Shown here piece by piece: positions 37,763-50,825 of a stretch of DNA of 64,000 nt. Each line of letters starts with the position of its first letter. The stretch's first letter is position 1. The stretch is from Callorhinchus milii (Eukaryota): NCBI RefSeq assembly GCF_018977255.1, contig NW_024704743.1, forward strand, positions 9,302,001 to 9,366,000. Reading direction: 5' to 3'. The notes under the pieces are model-generated. The model ran no database searches, was not told the origin of the DNA, and worked only from the letters and a program-made list of their open reading frames with translations. The translations under genes were made by a program, and so were the position numbers.

Positions 37763-40234
37763 AATCTTGATGTGAAACTACTTTGAGGTGGAAAGCTGGT
37801 AGACAGTCCCCTGGATGTATGCCCTGAATTACCTGAAGTACCATTAACTTACCTTCATAATGACCTGAATGGATCGGATTTTTCTTGTTCTCCACCAACT
37901 CCATAGGAGGAGAAGCAGATTTAAGAATATTCCTGACCTCAGGGTTATCCTATTTCCTTATTTGTGTGTGTGTGTGTGTGTGTGTGGAAGCGGGAGGGAA
38001 GGAAAACAAGAACAAAAGCTTTGCATGCAGATGGATGAAAAAAAAGTACATTTAACCAGCCTGGGAAGAGAATCAGCAGGACAGGAGATTGAGAAGACGA
38101 GCTCAGGCTGCCAGTTTATACTGGCAGACTTCTAAATTGGCCCCCTAGGTGAAACCTACACTTAGACAGATCCCACTGACTGCAAGACAATCTTGAAATA
38201 GGCAGCACGTTGCAATTTTAGTGGAAAAGGAAGCTGGATCTCTGGATGAACCCAGCTTTCTTCTGACCCTGTGAGCAGGCTATTCCAGCTAAGTCAGTCT
38301 CACTCAGATGAGTTGCTGTACCAACAGGCTTGAAGTCAAAAATCTTCCCATTGTTGCCTTGATTAGATACGACTGTACTCTTCCAGTCACGCTTAATCAT
38401 TATACATTTACATCATTAATTTTAGCAACGGTCTATGAATGACTGTACAGTAAAATCTCCTTCATCCAAGAGCTCTAGAGGATTAACTAACAGCAGAAGC
38501 TCTACATTTCTTTTAGGCGGTTTTAGGCTTAAAACCATTGTCTTTAAATGTCAGATTGCGTAGACATTTTGGAAAGGTCTTATATATAGTCTTAATTTGA
38601 CAGCCCATTTTCCATACTTCGGGTTTGATTCCCGGGCGGGGCAAACCTTACGCAAGTTTCCTTATGAAATATTAGACTTTAAAGATCCCATGGCATTACT
38701 CGAAAAAAAAAACTTTTCCCAGTGCCCTGGCCAACAATCCCCCAGAAAAAGTAATCATTCATATCAAGGATATTTGTGGGACATTAATGCTTGCAAACTG
38801 GCTGTCAGTTTTGATTAATAATAAGGATTAATAATAATAATCCTTGCTTACAGCACCTTATCACATCATTGCGATGTCTCAAAGCACTTCACAGAATATA
38901 CTGTAAAGTGAATTGACTGTATATTTTGTGGGCGAAATGTGGCAACCAGTTCCACACAGCAGTGTCCCACAAACAGTCATGGATTGAGTGACCAAAGACA
39001 AAATGGTGTCACAAACAGGGCAAGAGCAGGCAACATTTCAGGTCATGGTGGCTAGGCAGACAGGCAAAAGGGTAAACAATCGACTCGTACATATTCATGA
39101 ATAAGGGAACAAAAAAAATCCAGTGTCTTCACTTACAGTACTAGACTTTACTACAGTACTAACACAGTTACTAGACTTTACAGAAACTTTGTGAAACGGT
39201 TTGAGATGTTTGAGACATTAACAAAGCTGTATCAAATGCAAGGATTATTATTAATTACTGAAAGCTGCTGAACGCAAATTATTACTTCTATTCCTTAGGA
39301 AGTCCACAGCAAGTTTCCACCTATAAGCAGGAGCTATGGCGCCATTGCATTTTGTCCACAAAGTATACAGTCAATTCACTTTACAGTATACTCTGTGAAG
39401 CGCTTTGCGACGTCTTGAAGACGTGATAAGGCGCTGTATCAAATGCAAGGATTATTATTTCAAATGGGATGTGCATATACAAACCCAGGATAATATAAAT
39501 ACAAGTTGTTGTTGTTATAAAGCTATAAGCAGGAGCTTGACAATGAATAATGCACATGTATTAGCGCCTCAATCATGATTGTACAGCAAGAACCTCAGTT
39601 TGAACCCGCCATGGATTTCCTGAATGTACATCTAAATATCAGTCATTGCTGCTGAACCCATTTGAAATTTCATACCTTTTGCTGCTTTTTCAATCCAGTT
39701 CCATTTATTAGCTTAGACATTTTATCGTGTGAGCAGAATTGGAAACTTCGTAATCAGGCAGTTAGAACAAGCCAACAAGACGCATTGTGCGCTTTAGAGA
39801 AGGCAGTCTGCAGTGAGCTGCAATTTGGCCAAAACATAACAATTTAGAAAAATAATATATGGAGGCTGCAGATGTACAGCTTCACTTTTTTTTCCACAAT
39901 TGCTGGTTTGAAGGACAAGCATTGTGCAAGATTGAAGACAGCACTGACATAATATGTATAGAAACAGGATTATAGAAGAAAAATTTTAAAAGTAAGTTAA
40001 TAGAAAATTGTCAACATACATCACTTCACCGTCTGCAACAATTTAGTATATTGCTATTTTGAGAGCAATTTTTAGTGGTATAAATCTACCTTTGCAGTAA
40101 GTAAATTAGGCCGGTTCCTTAGCCCTTGAGAATATACATAAGACTAAACTCATTAGGCCTTTTAAAGGAAGTACAGAGATGATTACATTGCACTTACCTT
40201 TCCCTATTAACCCCATTTAGTTAGTTAACATTCA

Positions 40235-40531
<297 letters not shown>

Positions 40532-41904
40532 TCATGTTTTTGTAGTGTTTAAAATACAACAACTTGCATTTATATAGTACCCTTAACACAGGGCAACGTT
40601 TCGGAGGACTTCTAGTGATACATCATAGGGTAAAAAGTTAAACATAGCTCCAGTCTGGGAGATGGATAAGACACAATGAAACAGCGAATGAGAAGACCAT
40701 TCAGTCCATTGAGTCTACAACACCAAAACTAATCTTTCTCTTTCTCTGTTAAAGAACATCCCTTCATTTTATACACATATTCACTGTTTCTTCTTCCAAT
40801 GCACATCAGTGTTCATTTATCAACATTAAAATCAATCTGCCTACTTCAAGGCCCATCTGCTTTAATTGGCCCAAATCATCTCAGATTCTATTTGCAACAT
40901 ACAATTTACATTTATGTAGCACCTTTCACATTGGGAAGACGTCTCAAGACACTATATACAGAGCTTGCTGGGCATCTGAGCCCAGAAGTGGGGATGGGAT
41001 AGGTGAGAGGAGGAGCTGAAGAGTGTTGGGGATGGGGGTGGGAGGCAAAAGATAACTGAAAGTCTGATTAAAAGCAAGCTTTGAAACTCTTATAATTCAC
41101 CGATCCATATAGCTTGGCATAATCAGCACATGGATGTTACAAGAAGTGGGCTCCGGGCATTCATTATTGGTACAAAAAGCAAGGAGCTCTTAACACACTA
41201 GCTAGCTCAATTCATTCCATGAATTTTAGTACTTTCAATGCAACTCATCTCCTTATAAAGAATGCTACCCCTTGTGAAGGGGTTATACAAGTTGTTGTAG
41301 TTCTAGTCTGCTGGTAACTGCTCTTCCTTTGGAATCTGGAGATGTTTCAATTTTAACAAAAACAGTTTATTTTACTGTAGATCTTCAGAGTATTTTTTTT
41401 CAATCTCAGTACTAGTTTTTGGAATGTAGAAAAAACACTACATACCTGATTTAGTTAGTGTTCGTGGCCCCTGTATTAATACAGGGTCAGATACAGTGCT
41501 TACCAGAAACATAAACCTGTGGAATACTTTGCATGAAAAGTGTAATTCCCCTTTGAAGCTGTAGACTAATGCAAACAATATGGTTGTGTGATTTTTATAC
41601 TAACCAATGGATCATTGGTTTGGAGACGTCCTGGATTTTTAGCAAGCCCCAACACACTGGATGGAGTTTCATTCATCCTGCAATTAGGATATTGATCAGG
41701 AGTTCACTTCCCAGCCTTTCACAGAGGCTCCAGTTTGTGCTCAGGTAACAGTTCTGGAACACTAATACAGATTTCAAAGGAAGACTCACCATTGATCAAG
41801 AAATAAATGACGTGGTGGACTTTCCTACTATATTTACTTATTTACTTATAATACCCACTAAAAAAAACATTATTAATTTAGTTTTATCACACTCAATTAA
41901 GCAA

Positions 41905-42200
41905 TACCACGTCGGGAAGATGTCCCAAGCCCTGGACCGTCAGGGATTTGGACCCGAGCCGGGCGGAGGAGTTGGGATCAGGGCGGGTGGAGTGCAGGGA
42001 GGTTGGCCGAAGGCACAGTCGAAGAGGAGGGTCTTGAGATGTGCCTTGAAAGAAGCAAGGGAGGGAGCGAGGCGAAGGGAATGTGGGATGGAGTTCCAGA
42101 GGGTGGGGGCAGAGATGCTGAAGGCCCAACCGCTGATGGTGGGGCGGGGCGGGCCGGGCAGGGGACGTGGAGCAGGCCGGAGCCTGCTGAGTGGAGGGAT
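41905..42200 (-). mobile_element. L2 3' fragment
   Basis: SGWAFSISAPTLWNSIPHSLRLAPSLASFKAHLKTLLF. Confidence 0.87.
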
Positions 42201-43234
42201 AGCAATTACAAATGAGCAGGGAGTTTCTCCCAATGTTCTGGTCAACAATCCCCCAAATAAAATTGGCCATTAATTTCATAGCATTTGTGGGACATCTACA
42301 AGTACAGTTACTATACTTTACAGTAATTCCTATGAAGTACTTTGAGATGTCCTCCCAATGTGAAAGGCATGATATCAAAAGCAAGGATTACTGTGATGTT
42401 TTATTACAATCCTAACTATAAACAGTTTTCATTTTGTAGTGTCACCACAGATTGTTCCACATCAGTTCCCACTGACAGACTATGAAGCAACATTGGCAGA
42501 AATCTGAGAGGCAGTAACCACCCACCCGTAATATCTAACAAAGGGAAACCCAAGGGAGCAGTACTGAGTCTGAAATATAATTCCTCCGTCAGCTTTCAAG
42601 ATAAATCCTCACTGACTCCTGTAGTGCTTTGAGATGCTATCCAAGTGTTGTTATTCAATGCAATATAGAGAGATAGAGAAATAATTACAATAATAATAAA
42701 AATAATAATCTTTGTATTTGATATAGGGCCTTATCACGTCTTCGAAACGTCTCAACGTGCTTCACGGGATACATTGTAAGGTGAATTTACGCTATATTTT
42801 GTGGCCAAAATGCATAGAAAAACATCAAACCTGTAAAACTAAAACTGCCATAAGCAGTTTTTTTTAAACGCCATTCTTTTTTGAATAAAGAATTAGAGTA
42901 GAAAGCCCCTTATCCACATCCCAACCATCCATGGTTGCAAGATTGAAATTCCAGCAAAAAAAATAGTTCCATGTAAGGTTACTAAGACCACAATTTATTT
43001 GTGACACGTGACTGCCTGTGATTAATTATCTATAGTGATTATTATCTATAGAAATAGAGATGGGGAAAGAGTCCGAGAAAGTTTGAGAAAGAGAAATCCA
43101 GAGATGGAGAAACAGAGGAATAAGATGTCATAATAATAATCCTTGCATTTGAGTTAGCGCCTTATCACGTTGTTGAGACGTCTTAAAGTACTTCACAGAA
43201 TATACTGTGAAGTGAATTGACTGTGTATTTTTGC

Positions 43235-43350
43235 TGGAGAAAGAGAGACTCACAGAGTTAGAGAATGTTAGAGACTCTCAAAGAGAAAAACAGTCAGAGA
43301 AAGAGAGAGAAAAAGAGAGTATGAGAGAAAATATTGGAGAGAGAGAGATA
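43235..43350. repeat. GA-rich low-complexity tract
   Basis: Directly visible. Confidence 0.7.
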
Positions 43351-45009
43351 ATGGGTAGCACAATGTGGTACTCTAAAGATGATAGAATTCTTGAGGAAAG
43401 AATTTTGGTTATCTTTCTTATCCACAATGGAGCCGGTCTCTTTTACTGCCGATAATCAGCTCTCAAATGTATCTAGGTTACAACCCAAAGACTTTCAATG
43501 GGGAATCGTTTTAAGTTGAACAAAAACAGTTTACTTCATCTCAGTTCTCCAGACCATTTCCTTTCCAGGGCTTTTTTTGGAAAATAGAACATGACATGCC
43601 TGATTTAGGTGCCCTCCCAACCTCTGTCCTAATCTAGAATCAGATACAGGACAGTGCTCGACAGATAGTAAACACTGTCCACATACCACTTGCCCCATTG
43701 TTGAGCAGTGACTTTCAGTAACATTTCCTGAGACTAGGACGGAACAAGGTTAATGAGCCTGAGACAAATGCACTGAAAAAGCATCACCATTTTCATAGTT
43801 TTCTTTATTCTATTAAAAACAAAGCAACTGCCTTTGACGAATAGCTGTAATAATGATTCCACCACTAGACGCCACCCAGAAAGGGCAGCTTCTCTGAGAT
43901 GAATGCATTATTTGATATCATGCAAATTGACCCAGCAATGCAGCTTCCCATCTGATATACACGTTTCATACTTTAAGGATATGTCATGTTTTTTTTCCGT
44001 TAATTCCCAAGCAAGAGTCCACGCTGTAAAATATTCATGTCTCCCAGATTAGTCATGCATAAAACAACCTTAGAAGTATTTATGCCATGAAAATTTAAAA
44101 GCCTTAAGGACTTTCTTTCAGACAAATTACATCTCGATTTCACAATAACTGGGTTCTCATTAAGACACTGAAACCAGGAGCTGCGAATTGTAGAACATAT
44201 TGCACCTTCAGAAGGGACACCCCTCGTGTTTGTCTAACAAATGGAGGGAAGATACAGAGGTCAGTCCTTAATCCAGGTATTGCCGAGAAAGTACTGTATT
44301 CTCCCCATCTCTGAGCTCAGAAATTAGTGAATTATATTTGCCAGAAATTGTTTAGCTAAAAACAACAACTGTGTTTAGCAGTTTAATCTCTAGTGCAAAT
44401 CCCGAAAACACTGATCCAACTGCATTCCGTTTTTGTTTCTTCAAGATTTTGTTTTGTTAGAGGCCATCTGAAATGGTCTCAATGGAACGTTTTTTTAAAC
44501 TTGCTGACCACCTGTCTAGAAATATATTTTATTAGCCTGGTAATAATAATAACCCTTTGATATAAAATAGCACCTTATCACGTTGTTGAAATGTCTCAAG
44601 GCGCTTCACAGAATATACTGTAAAATAAATTGACTGTATATTTTGTGGACGAAACACAGCAGTCAACTGCACACAGCAGTGTCCCACAAACAGTTATATA
44701 TGGTACATCTGAGCAGGTTTAAATAGGACGAATGATTATATCATCAAAATTACAATTCCAACCAAGGAAGACGTTTGCCCAATTAAGTTTAAACTGGTTT
44801 CAGCTATTCAACTGGAGCTTATTTCTCTAATCCTAAATCTTTCTCTGTAGCCTTTAATAATTTTCTTCACTGTTTAAAGGGAATTTAGTTCTTGAAGAAT
44901 GCCGATCGGTTATTTCATTCTCACTCTTTGCCAGTTCTTAAAGTTGGTGGTGGCAAGTCAACAGCTTCAATAAATGTCTCTACAATAATATTTCCATTGC
45001 ATCACCAAG

Positions 45010-45213
45010 GTTCTTCAACTGTGCTTTTGATCATCTTTCCCCCAGAAAGTGTTGTGTGCTTCAAGAACAATCTAGACAGATTTCTGCTAGAAAATATCTC
45101 AGGATACAGTATATAGTTTGGGACATGACATGTCAAGCAATTACTAGGATGGTGGAAGGCAAACAAGATGGACCTTGGTCTTCTTTCGCCTAACAAAGTC
45201 TTATGTTCTTATG
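45010..45213 (+). mobile_element. CR1 3' end
   Basis: ttcaagaacaatctagacagatttctg...tcttatgttcttatgt tail. Confidence 0.7.
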
Positions 45214-46214
45214 TACTGATATTAAGTAGAAAAAATGATGGATGTTAACAGTTTGACTAGCTGCTTTTGGTTTTTAAAAAAAACTCCCCGTTTACACACA
45301 GGCCAAGGTTCTTTGGACTCTGCCAAATGGTTTGATATTGCAGGTGACATTGCTTGCAATTCCTATTGCTCAGAGAGATTTATTTTTACACCGACTGGTT
45401 GTTAAGTCTAATGGAGAAGCTATGAGGCCTCAAAAAACAGAGCAAAATTCAAACTGTCAATGGTTATTATCCATGCTCTTTAGCTGACATAGCGGGCATA
45501 AATTATCTGCCATTTTCAGCTGCGCTCTGTGGGCACTGCATTTAAATTTACCATTCATTCAATTTCTAATCTCAGGCACTTTGAAGAAGAACTGCACTTT
45601 TAAACCAATTCTATTCATTGCATCGCAGGCAGCACATTGGACTCTCTCTGTGGTGTGTCATCCGGACACAAGTACTCTCCTCCCACCATTGGGTTTCCAT
45701 TCTCAGTCAAGCGACACGTTAAAGCACTATATCACATGCAATTATGATTATTATTATTATTATTATATAAGCACAATCAGGATTTAATTTGAATTCGTCA
45801 GCAGAGCAATTTACTTACTGTACCAGCAACCAACTGATTTTCTGAGTTGACTCCAAGTGTGTGAACATTTCTCTCGTACCTACTCTCAGTCTACAGTCAG
45901 CACTGTTTTTGTATAAAATGCATTTCTATAGCGGCATAAATTATTCTATTCATAACTTTTTTTAAAAATCTTGTATTTTGCTTCCGCCTCAATGAAAATA
46001 GCTTCCTTAGCCTAATAATCTAACAATCATATTCAAAATTTAGATACTCTTAATGTAGTGCTCACAATAAGATCAATTATAAATCCTAAAACAGAAGAGA
46101 TTATTCCCTGGGGTGTTCTACTGATTGTATTTGTGAATTAAATCTATCGTTGATCTCTTCTCTTAATTTCCTTCAAAGTTATCATTTATCGTTTATATAT
46201 TTTTAATGACGGTT

Positions 46215-46725
46215 TGACTCAAATGGAGGCAGTACTATTGCCATTGGGTCAGCAGGTTCAAGCCTCTTGTTGGAGCTTGAGCTTATAGTTCAAGGAGGCA
46301 CTTCAGCGCAGTACAAGAGCACTCTGCAATGTGAGGTGTTGTCTTTCAGATGACTTATCATGGTAAAGCGGGGGAATGGGATTAATTTGGACAGCTCTTT
46401 CAAAAAGCCAGCACGGATACGATTGGCCAAATAGCCTCCTTCTGTGCTGTATAATTCTATGATTCTATAACTCTAAGCTCTGTTTGTCTGTTGTTAAGGT
46501 AAATATTAAAGACTCTTTTCGAAAAGAGAAGGAAGTATCTCCCGGTTCCCCAGTCAAAAATTCCCCAGATAAAATTGGCATTTACATCATAGCTGTTTGT
46601 GGGACATTGCTAGGTGCAAATTTGATGCCACAAAATACACAGTTGCCACACTTTAAAATAAATCCTGTGAAGAGCTTCAAGCCAACATGAAAGGCGCTAT
46701 ACCAAAATTCAAGGATTATTATTAG
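46215..46725 (+). mobile_element. Deu-core SINE interrupted by a CR1 tail (about 46360-46470)
   Basis: SINE head/core, then gacagctctttcaaaaagccagcac...attctatgattctat, then the SINE core and tail resume. Confidence 0.7.
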
Positions 46726-47554
46726 TAGTAGTATCGCTATTCAAAAAGAGAGCAAAGATTTTTTTCTCAAGAGTGAAAATCCTCCAGATAAATTGGTTGT
46801 TCACCTCAAATAGTTTGTGGGACATGGCACTGCGCAAAGTGAACCTTCAAAAAACAGGTATTACACTTGACAGTTATGACTGTAAAATACTCTGAGACAT
46901 TTCAATATTAGACACTAATGTAAAAAAACACAAGTTCGCTCTTACTTTCATCCTAGGTTTTCATCGCACGTGAGTCATCTCATCAAAAGCCTTCAAGATC
47001 TATAGCCACTAGCATCTGTCAATTTTATAATATCCGCAAAAAAAATCCAATACATTTGTGTACCAATGACCCAAATATTTCATAAATCCATGCTGACTTG
47101 CAAGCATTGCCATTACTTTTGATAGCTTTCTTCATTAAAACAAAAATGTTTTCCGTATTCTACAGGTGAAGCAAACGGGCCTACAATTTGCAATATCAAA
47201 TTTCTTAAACACCTTACATCTACAAAAACCCATCTTTGTAAACTCATTGGTGCGGGGATGTCAGGAGAGAGATGTTTGCCTCTGGCACTTGAGAGGCCCA
47301 GGAACATATTTTGATGGGAACCTTTGTTCCATTGTACAATTGTATACAAATTAATTTTGAAAGAGTATTCTTAATGAAAACTGTAATGATTTAATTATCT
47401 TTGGGCATGTTCCATTTGGTCCCATTGTCTTATGAATATTCAAGCCCCCTCCCCAATTGGAGTCCAGTTGCGAATTGGTTGGAGCACTTGCTTCATTCTG
47501 GCACAGACTCAATGGGCCGAATGGCCTCTTTTTTGTGCTGTACGATTCTGATAA

Positions 47555-47864
47555 GCAAGCGGATCTAAGTTCGATTCTTGGGCAGAGCGAAACCTTAGGC
47601 AAGTTTCCTTACTCTACATGCCTATTTACCTAGCAGTAAGTCAGAACCTGGTTGTTATTCGATTGGCAGGTCGCTTTCTGAAGCCAATAAGACCTCAAAA
47701 TTTTTTTTTAAATTTGGCCATTCAATCCAAGACTGTTTGTGGGTCACTGCTGTGCGCAATTTGCTGCCGCCCACAAAATATAGTCAATTTATTTTACAGT
47801 ATATTCTGTGAAGGGTTTGAGATGTCTCAAGCACTATATCAAATTCAAGGATTATTATATTATA
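47555..47864 (+). mobile_element. tRNA-SINE family A
   Basis: gttcgattcttgggcagagcgaaaccttaggcaagtttccttac...aaggattattat. Confidence 0.85.
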
Positions 47865-48512
47865 ATTTTTGAATTAATTGACTAAGTTGTTAATCTCCAT
47901 TTTGCCAGGTACGGAATGATACAGTAAGAGACAATTGCTTTCTTTATAGTCAAAATAATGTCTGAGAAGGATTATTTTGTTTCATATTTCCCACTTATTG
48001 GATAAGCTAAAGCACTTAACAGGATTTTTACTGTGAAGTGTAGTGACTGTGCATTTGTAGGCAAATAGGGCAGCCAATTTGCACACAGCGATGAGCCAAA
48101 GGATGAACATCAAATTCAAATTTAATCAGATTTGTGAGTGATGCTCACAATAAACACACATTTGACAGAGATTTTCCACAAAAGGTTGTGACGAACCTTT
48201 CAGAAAAAAGAGGGGAATAGAAGGGAGGAACAAATGGGTGGAAACTTATGTGGAGTACAAACATCTGTATAAACACAGGTGTGGATTGGTTAGACTGAGT
48301 GGCTTATTTCTGTGCTGTACATTCTTAGTAAATCTTTGTAAATAACCCTCTGCAGGCAAGTCAGGCTGCTCCTCAGCCTCAGGCAAAGCCACAACTCCAT
48401 CAGTCACATGGAGCTTTGTAAAATAGGCAGAGGCTGACTGCCCCCTTCCCAATTCCTTTCAACTCTCCCAAAGGCAGCACTCCTGCTCAACATCTGCCTG
48501 ATGGATGAACTC

Positions 48513-48663
48513 ACTGTGTGGAGCATCACAAGATCTGGCAGATATAGCATTTTACTGTGTGGGGTATCTCAGGATCTGGCAGATTTAGGAACGCCCTATG
48601 TGGGGCATCACAGGGTCTGGCAGATATAAAAACACACTGTGCGGGATATCACAGAATTTGGCA
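48513..48663. repeat. 41-bp minisatellite, about 3.7 units
   Basis: Units start at 48513, 48554, 48595 and 48636 (consensus actgtgtggggcatcacaggatctggcagatata...). Confidence 0.85.
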
Positions 48664-48665
48664 AT

Positions 48666-49035
48666 GTCAGTCTGGCTCAGTTGGTTGCATTCTCGCCTCT
48701 GAGTCGGAAGGTTGTGGGTTCAAGCCCCATTTGGAAGTCATATAGGTTAATCTGACATTTAATCTGAGGTGCTGTCCTTCATATGAGACATTAAATCAAG
48801 GCCCGACTGCCTGTTCAGGTTGACGTCAAAAATCCTGTGGCACTATTCGAAAAGAGTTACGTTTCCTGGCCAACAATCCCCCAAATAAAACTGGCCAATC
48901 ACTTCATGGCTGTTTGTGGGACATTGTTGTCGGCAAATTGGCTGCTTTGTTCTCCCACAAAGACCACAGTCACTTTACAATAATTGGAAACCTGTGAAGC
49001 GCTTTGAGACGTCTTCTTGACATTATTATTATCAT
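48666..49035 (+). mobile_element. Deu-core SINE, near full length
   Basis: gtcagtctggctcagttgg...ctcgcctctgagtcggaaggttgtgggttcaagcccc; core ctgttcaggttgacgtcaaaaatcctgtggcactattcg. Confidence 0.87.
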
Positions 49036-49109
49036 CATCGAGAACTCACAGGTATAAATGAGCAAGATGACAATAATTAACCAAGAAACCATTTTGAAAC
49101 TGTCAATAA

Positions 49110-49322
49110 ACTGTTGTGGATTGAGTGACCAAATTATTATGATTTTTTAAGGGATTATTATCCCCAGAAAAACAATCCGCCAATCAACTAACAACAGGTT
49201 CCTACTTAGAGCCTGGTAAACAGAGGCGTATGAAGTAAGGAAGCTTGCCTAAGCTTTCGCCCTGCCGGGGAATCAAACCTAGGTCCTCTCGCTTGCGAGG
49301 CGAGTGCTCTAACCACTACACG
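49110..49322 (-). mobile_element. tRNA-SINE family A 5' half
   Basis: Reverse-complement head and body. Confidence 0.8.
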
Positions 49323-50274
49323 ACACCATGAGGCTAACCAGCACCTCATACAGCCCTGACTTTTTAAAAGATTTTAAAAAAAAGTCAACCTTCCTCAGAA
49401 AAGACCGGGGCAGAGAGAATGATGGAGCAAATAATACCAGGTGACTTATACCACTCTGGTGGTGACAAAATATTTTCAAGGACTGACACCTCAAAATATC
49501 CATGTCTCTTCCCCAATTCAGGCAAACTTGAAAAGAAACTCAAAGTGGAGTGGCAGATAAGACCGGATTGTATTTGAAGTTATGAAAGAATTTTTTTCAC
49601 TGCCAGGACCGTTTTAATATTAATACCCAACCACACGTCTGTGGGGAAAGCATACGTTTTTCAATTGAAACCCTACGGGTATCATCTTCAAAGATGAAAT
49701 ACATCACTGAATTGTCCTTATGCAATCTGTATCAATGACCTTGAGAAGTCATATTTCAGCATAAATAGAGAAATGTGATGGAAACATGCGCGTCTCTCAG
49801 ACAGCCCATTTCTTCCATCCTCCAAGGACTGAGGTTTATATTCAACTAAATGTGGTGGCTTTTGTTTTTTGCATAATCAGGCTCTGGAAAGCAGCTCTGA
49901 AAAATCCTAGGCTTTTAAGCCACTGCATATCATTTTTTAAAAGTCTGCACTTTTACTCTTCCTGAAACAGTTGCAAAGTACATTTAAAGAGTACAATTTT
50001 GTGAGTCACACCTAATTTGGTTTTGAAACTTGAACAAATACTAACAGCTGTAACTTTGTTGATATTCCTGGCATTTGGATCGCTGATATTTCAGCTCCTT
50101 GAAAGCCACAGCAACCCCCAAGTGATATATTCAACAGGCCAGCCAACTGGCTTATTACAAGATTGGAGTAAAACATTTGGTGTTTTTAACAGGGTTTGGA
50201 AATATAGCATCCTATCAGTAACCAGTTGTGCATCACGCTGACCTGTTGGAACTCTGCTCTGACAAGCAGTACAT

Positions 50275-50825
50275 CGACTGACTCAGACGGTAGCACTCTC
50301 ACCTCTGGAAAAACATTTAGAAGTTAGAAGGTTATCAGTTCAAACCCCACTTTGAGCCTATGACCTCTTTGATTGGCCAACAAAATGAATGTTTCTTGAT
50401 TGACAGCATTAGTTTATGTTATTTTGTTATTCTATAATTATTTTGTTGGCCAACCAAAAAAAGATTGGCTACCACTGGTCCAGAATGACACTCCAGTGCT
50501 GTGCTGGCAGAGCGCTGTATTGTCAGAAGTGCCCTCTTTCGATGAGATGTTAAACCAAGGTCCAGTCTACCTTTTTAGATGGCCATTAAAGATCCCATAA
50601 TAATCTTCGAAAAGACAAGTACATTTCTTCGTATATTCTGCCTGTCAACCCTCCAGATAAAATTGATTATTGACTTCATGGCTGCTTGCAGGACGTTGCT
50701 GTCAACGTTGCCACGTTCATCTACAAATACAGTCACAACGCTTTACACAAACACTTTCCACTTAACTTTGTGATGCCATTGGAGCCACATTGACATTATA
50801 GGCGTTTATCAAATGTAAGAATAGT
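50275..50825 (+). mobile_element. Deu-core SINE with an internal insertion (about 50365-50478, possible hAT remnant)
   Basis: SINE head and core flank a segment ending attggctaccactg. Confidence 0.65.

Noticed and set aside
48513..48663. Regularly spaced repeats as a CRISPR-like array
   Set aside because: Eukaryotic context, units similar along their whole length with no unique spacers, no cas genes.
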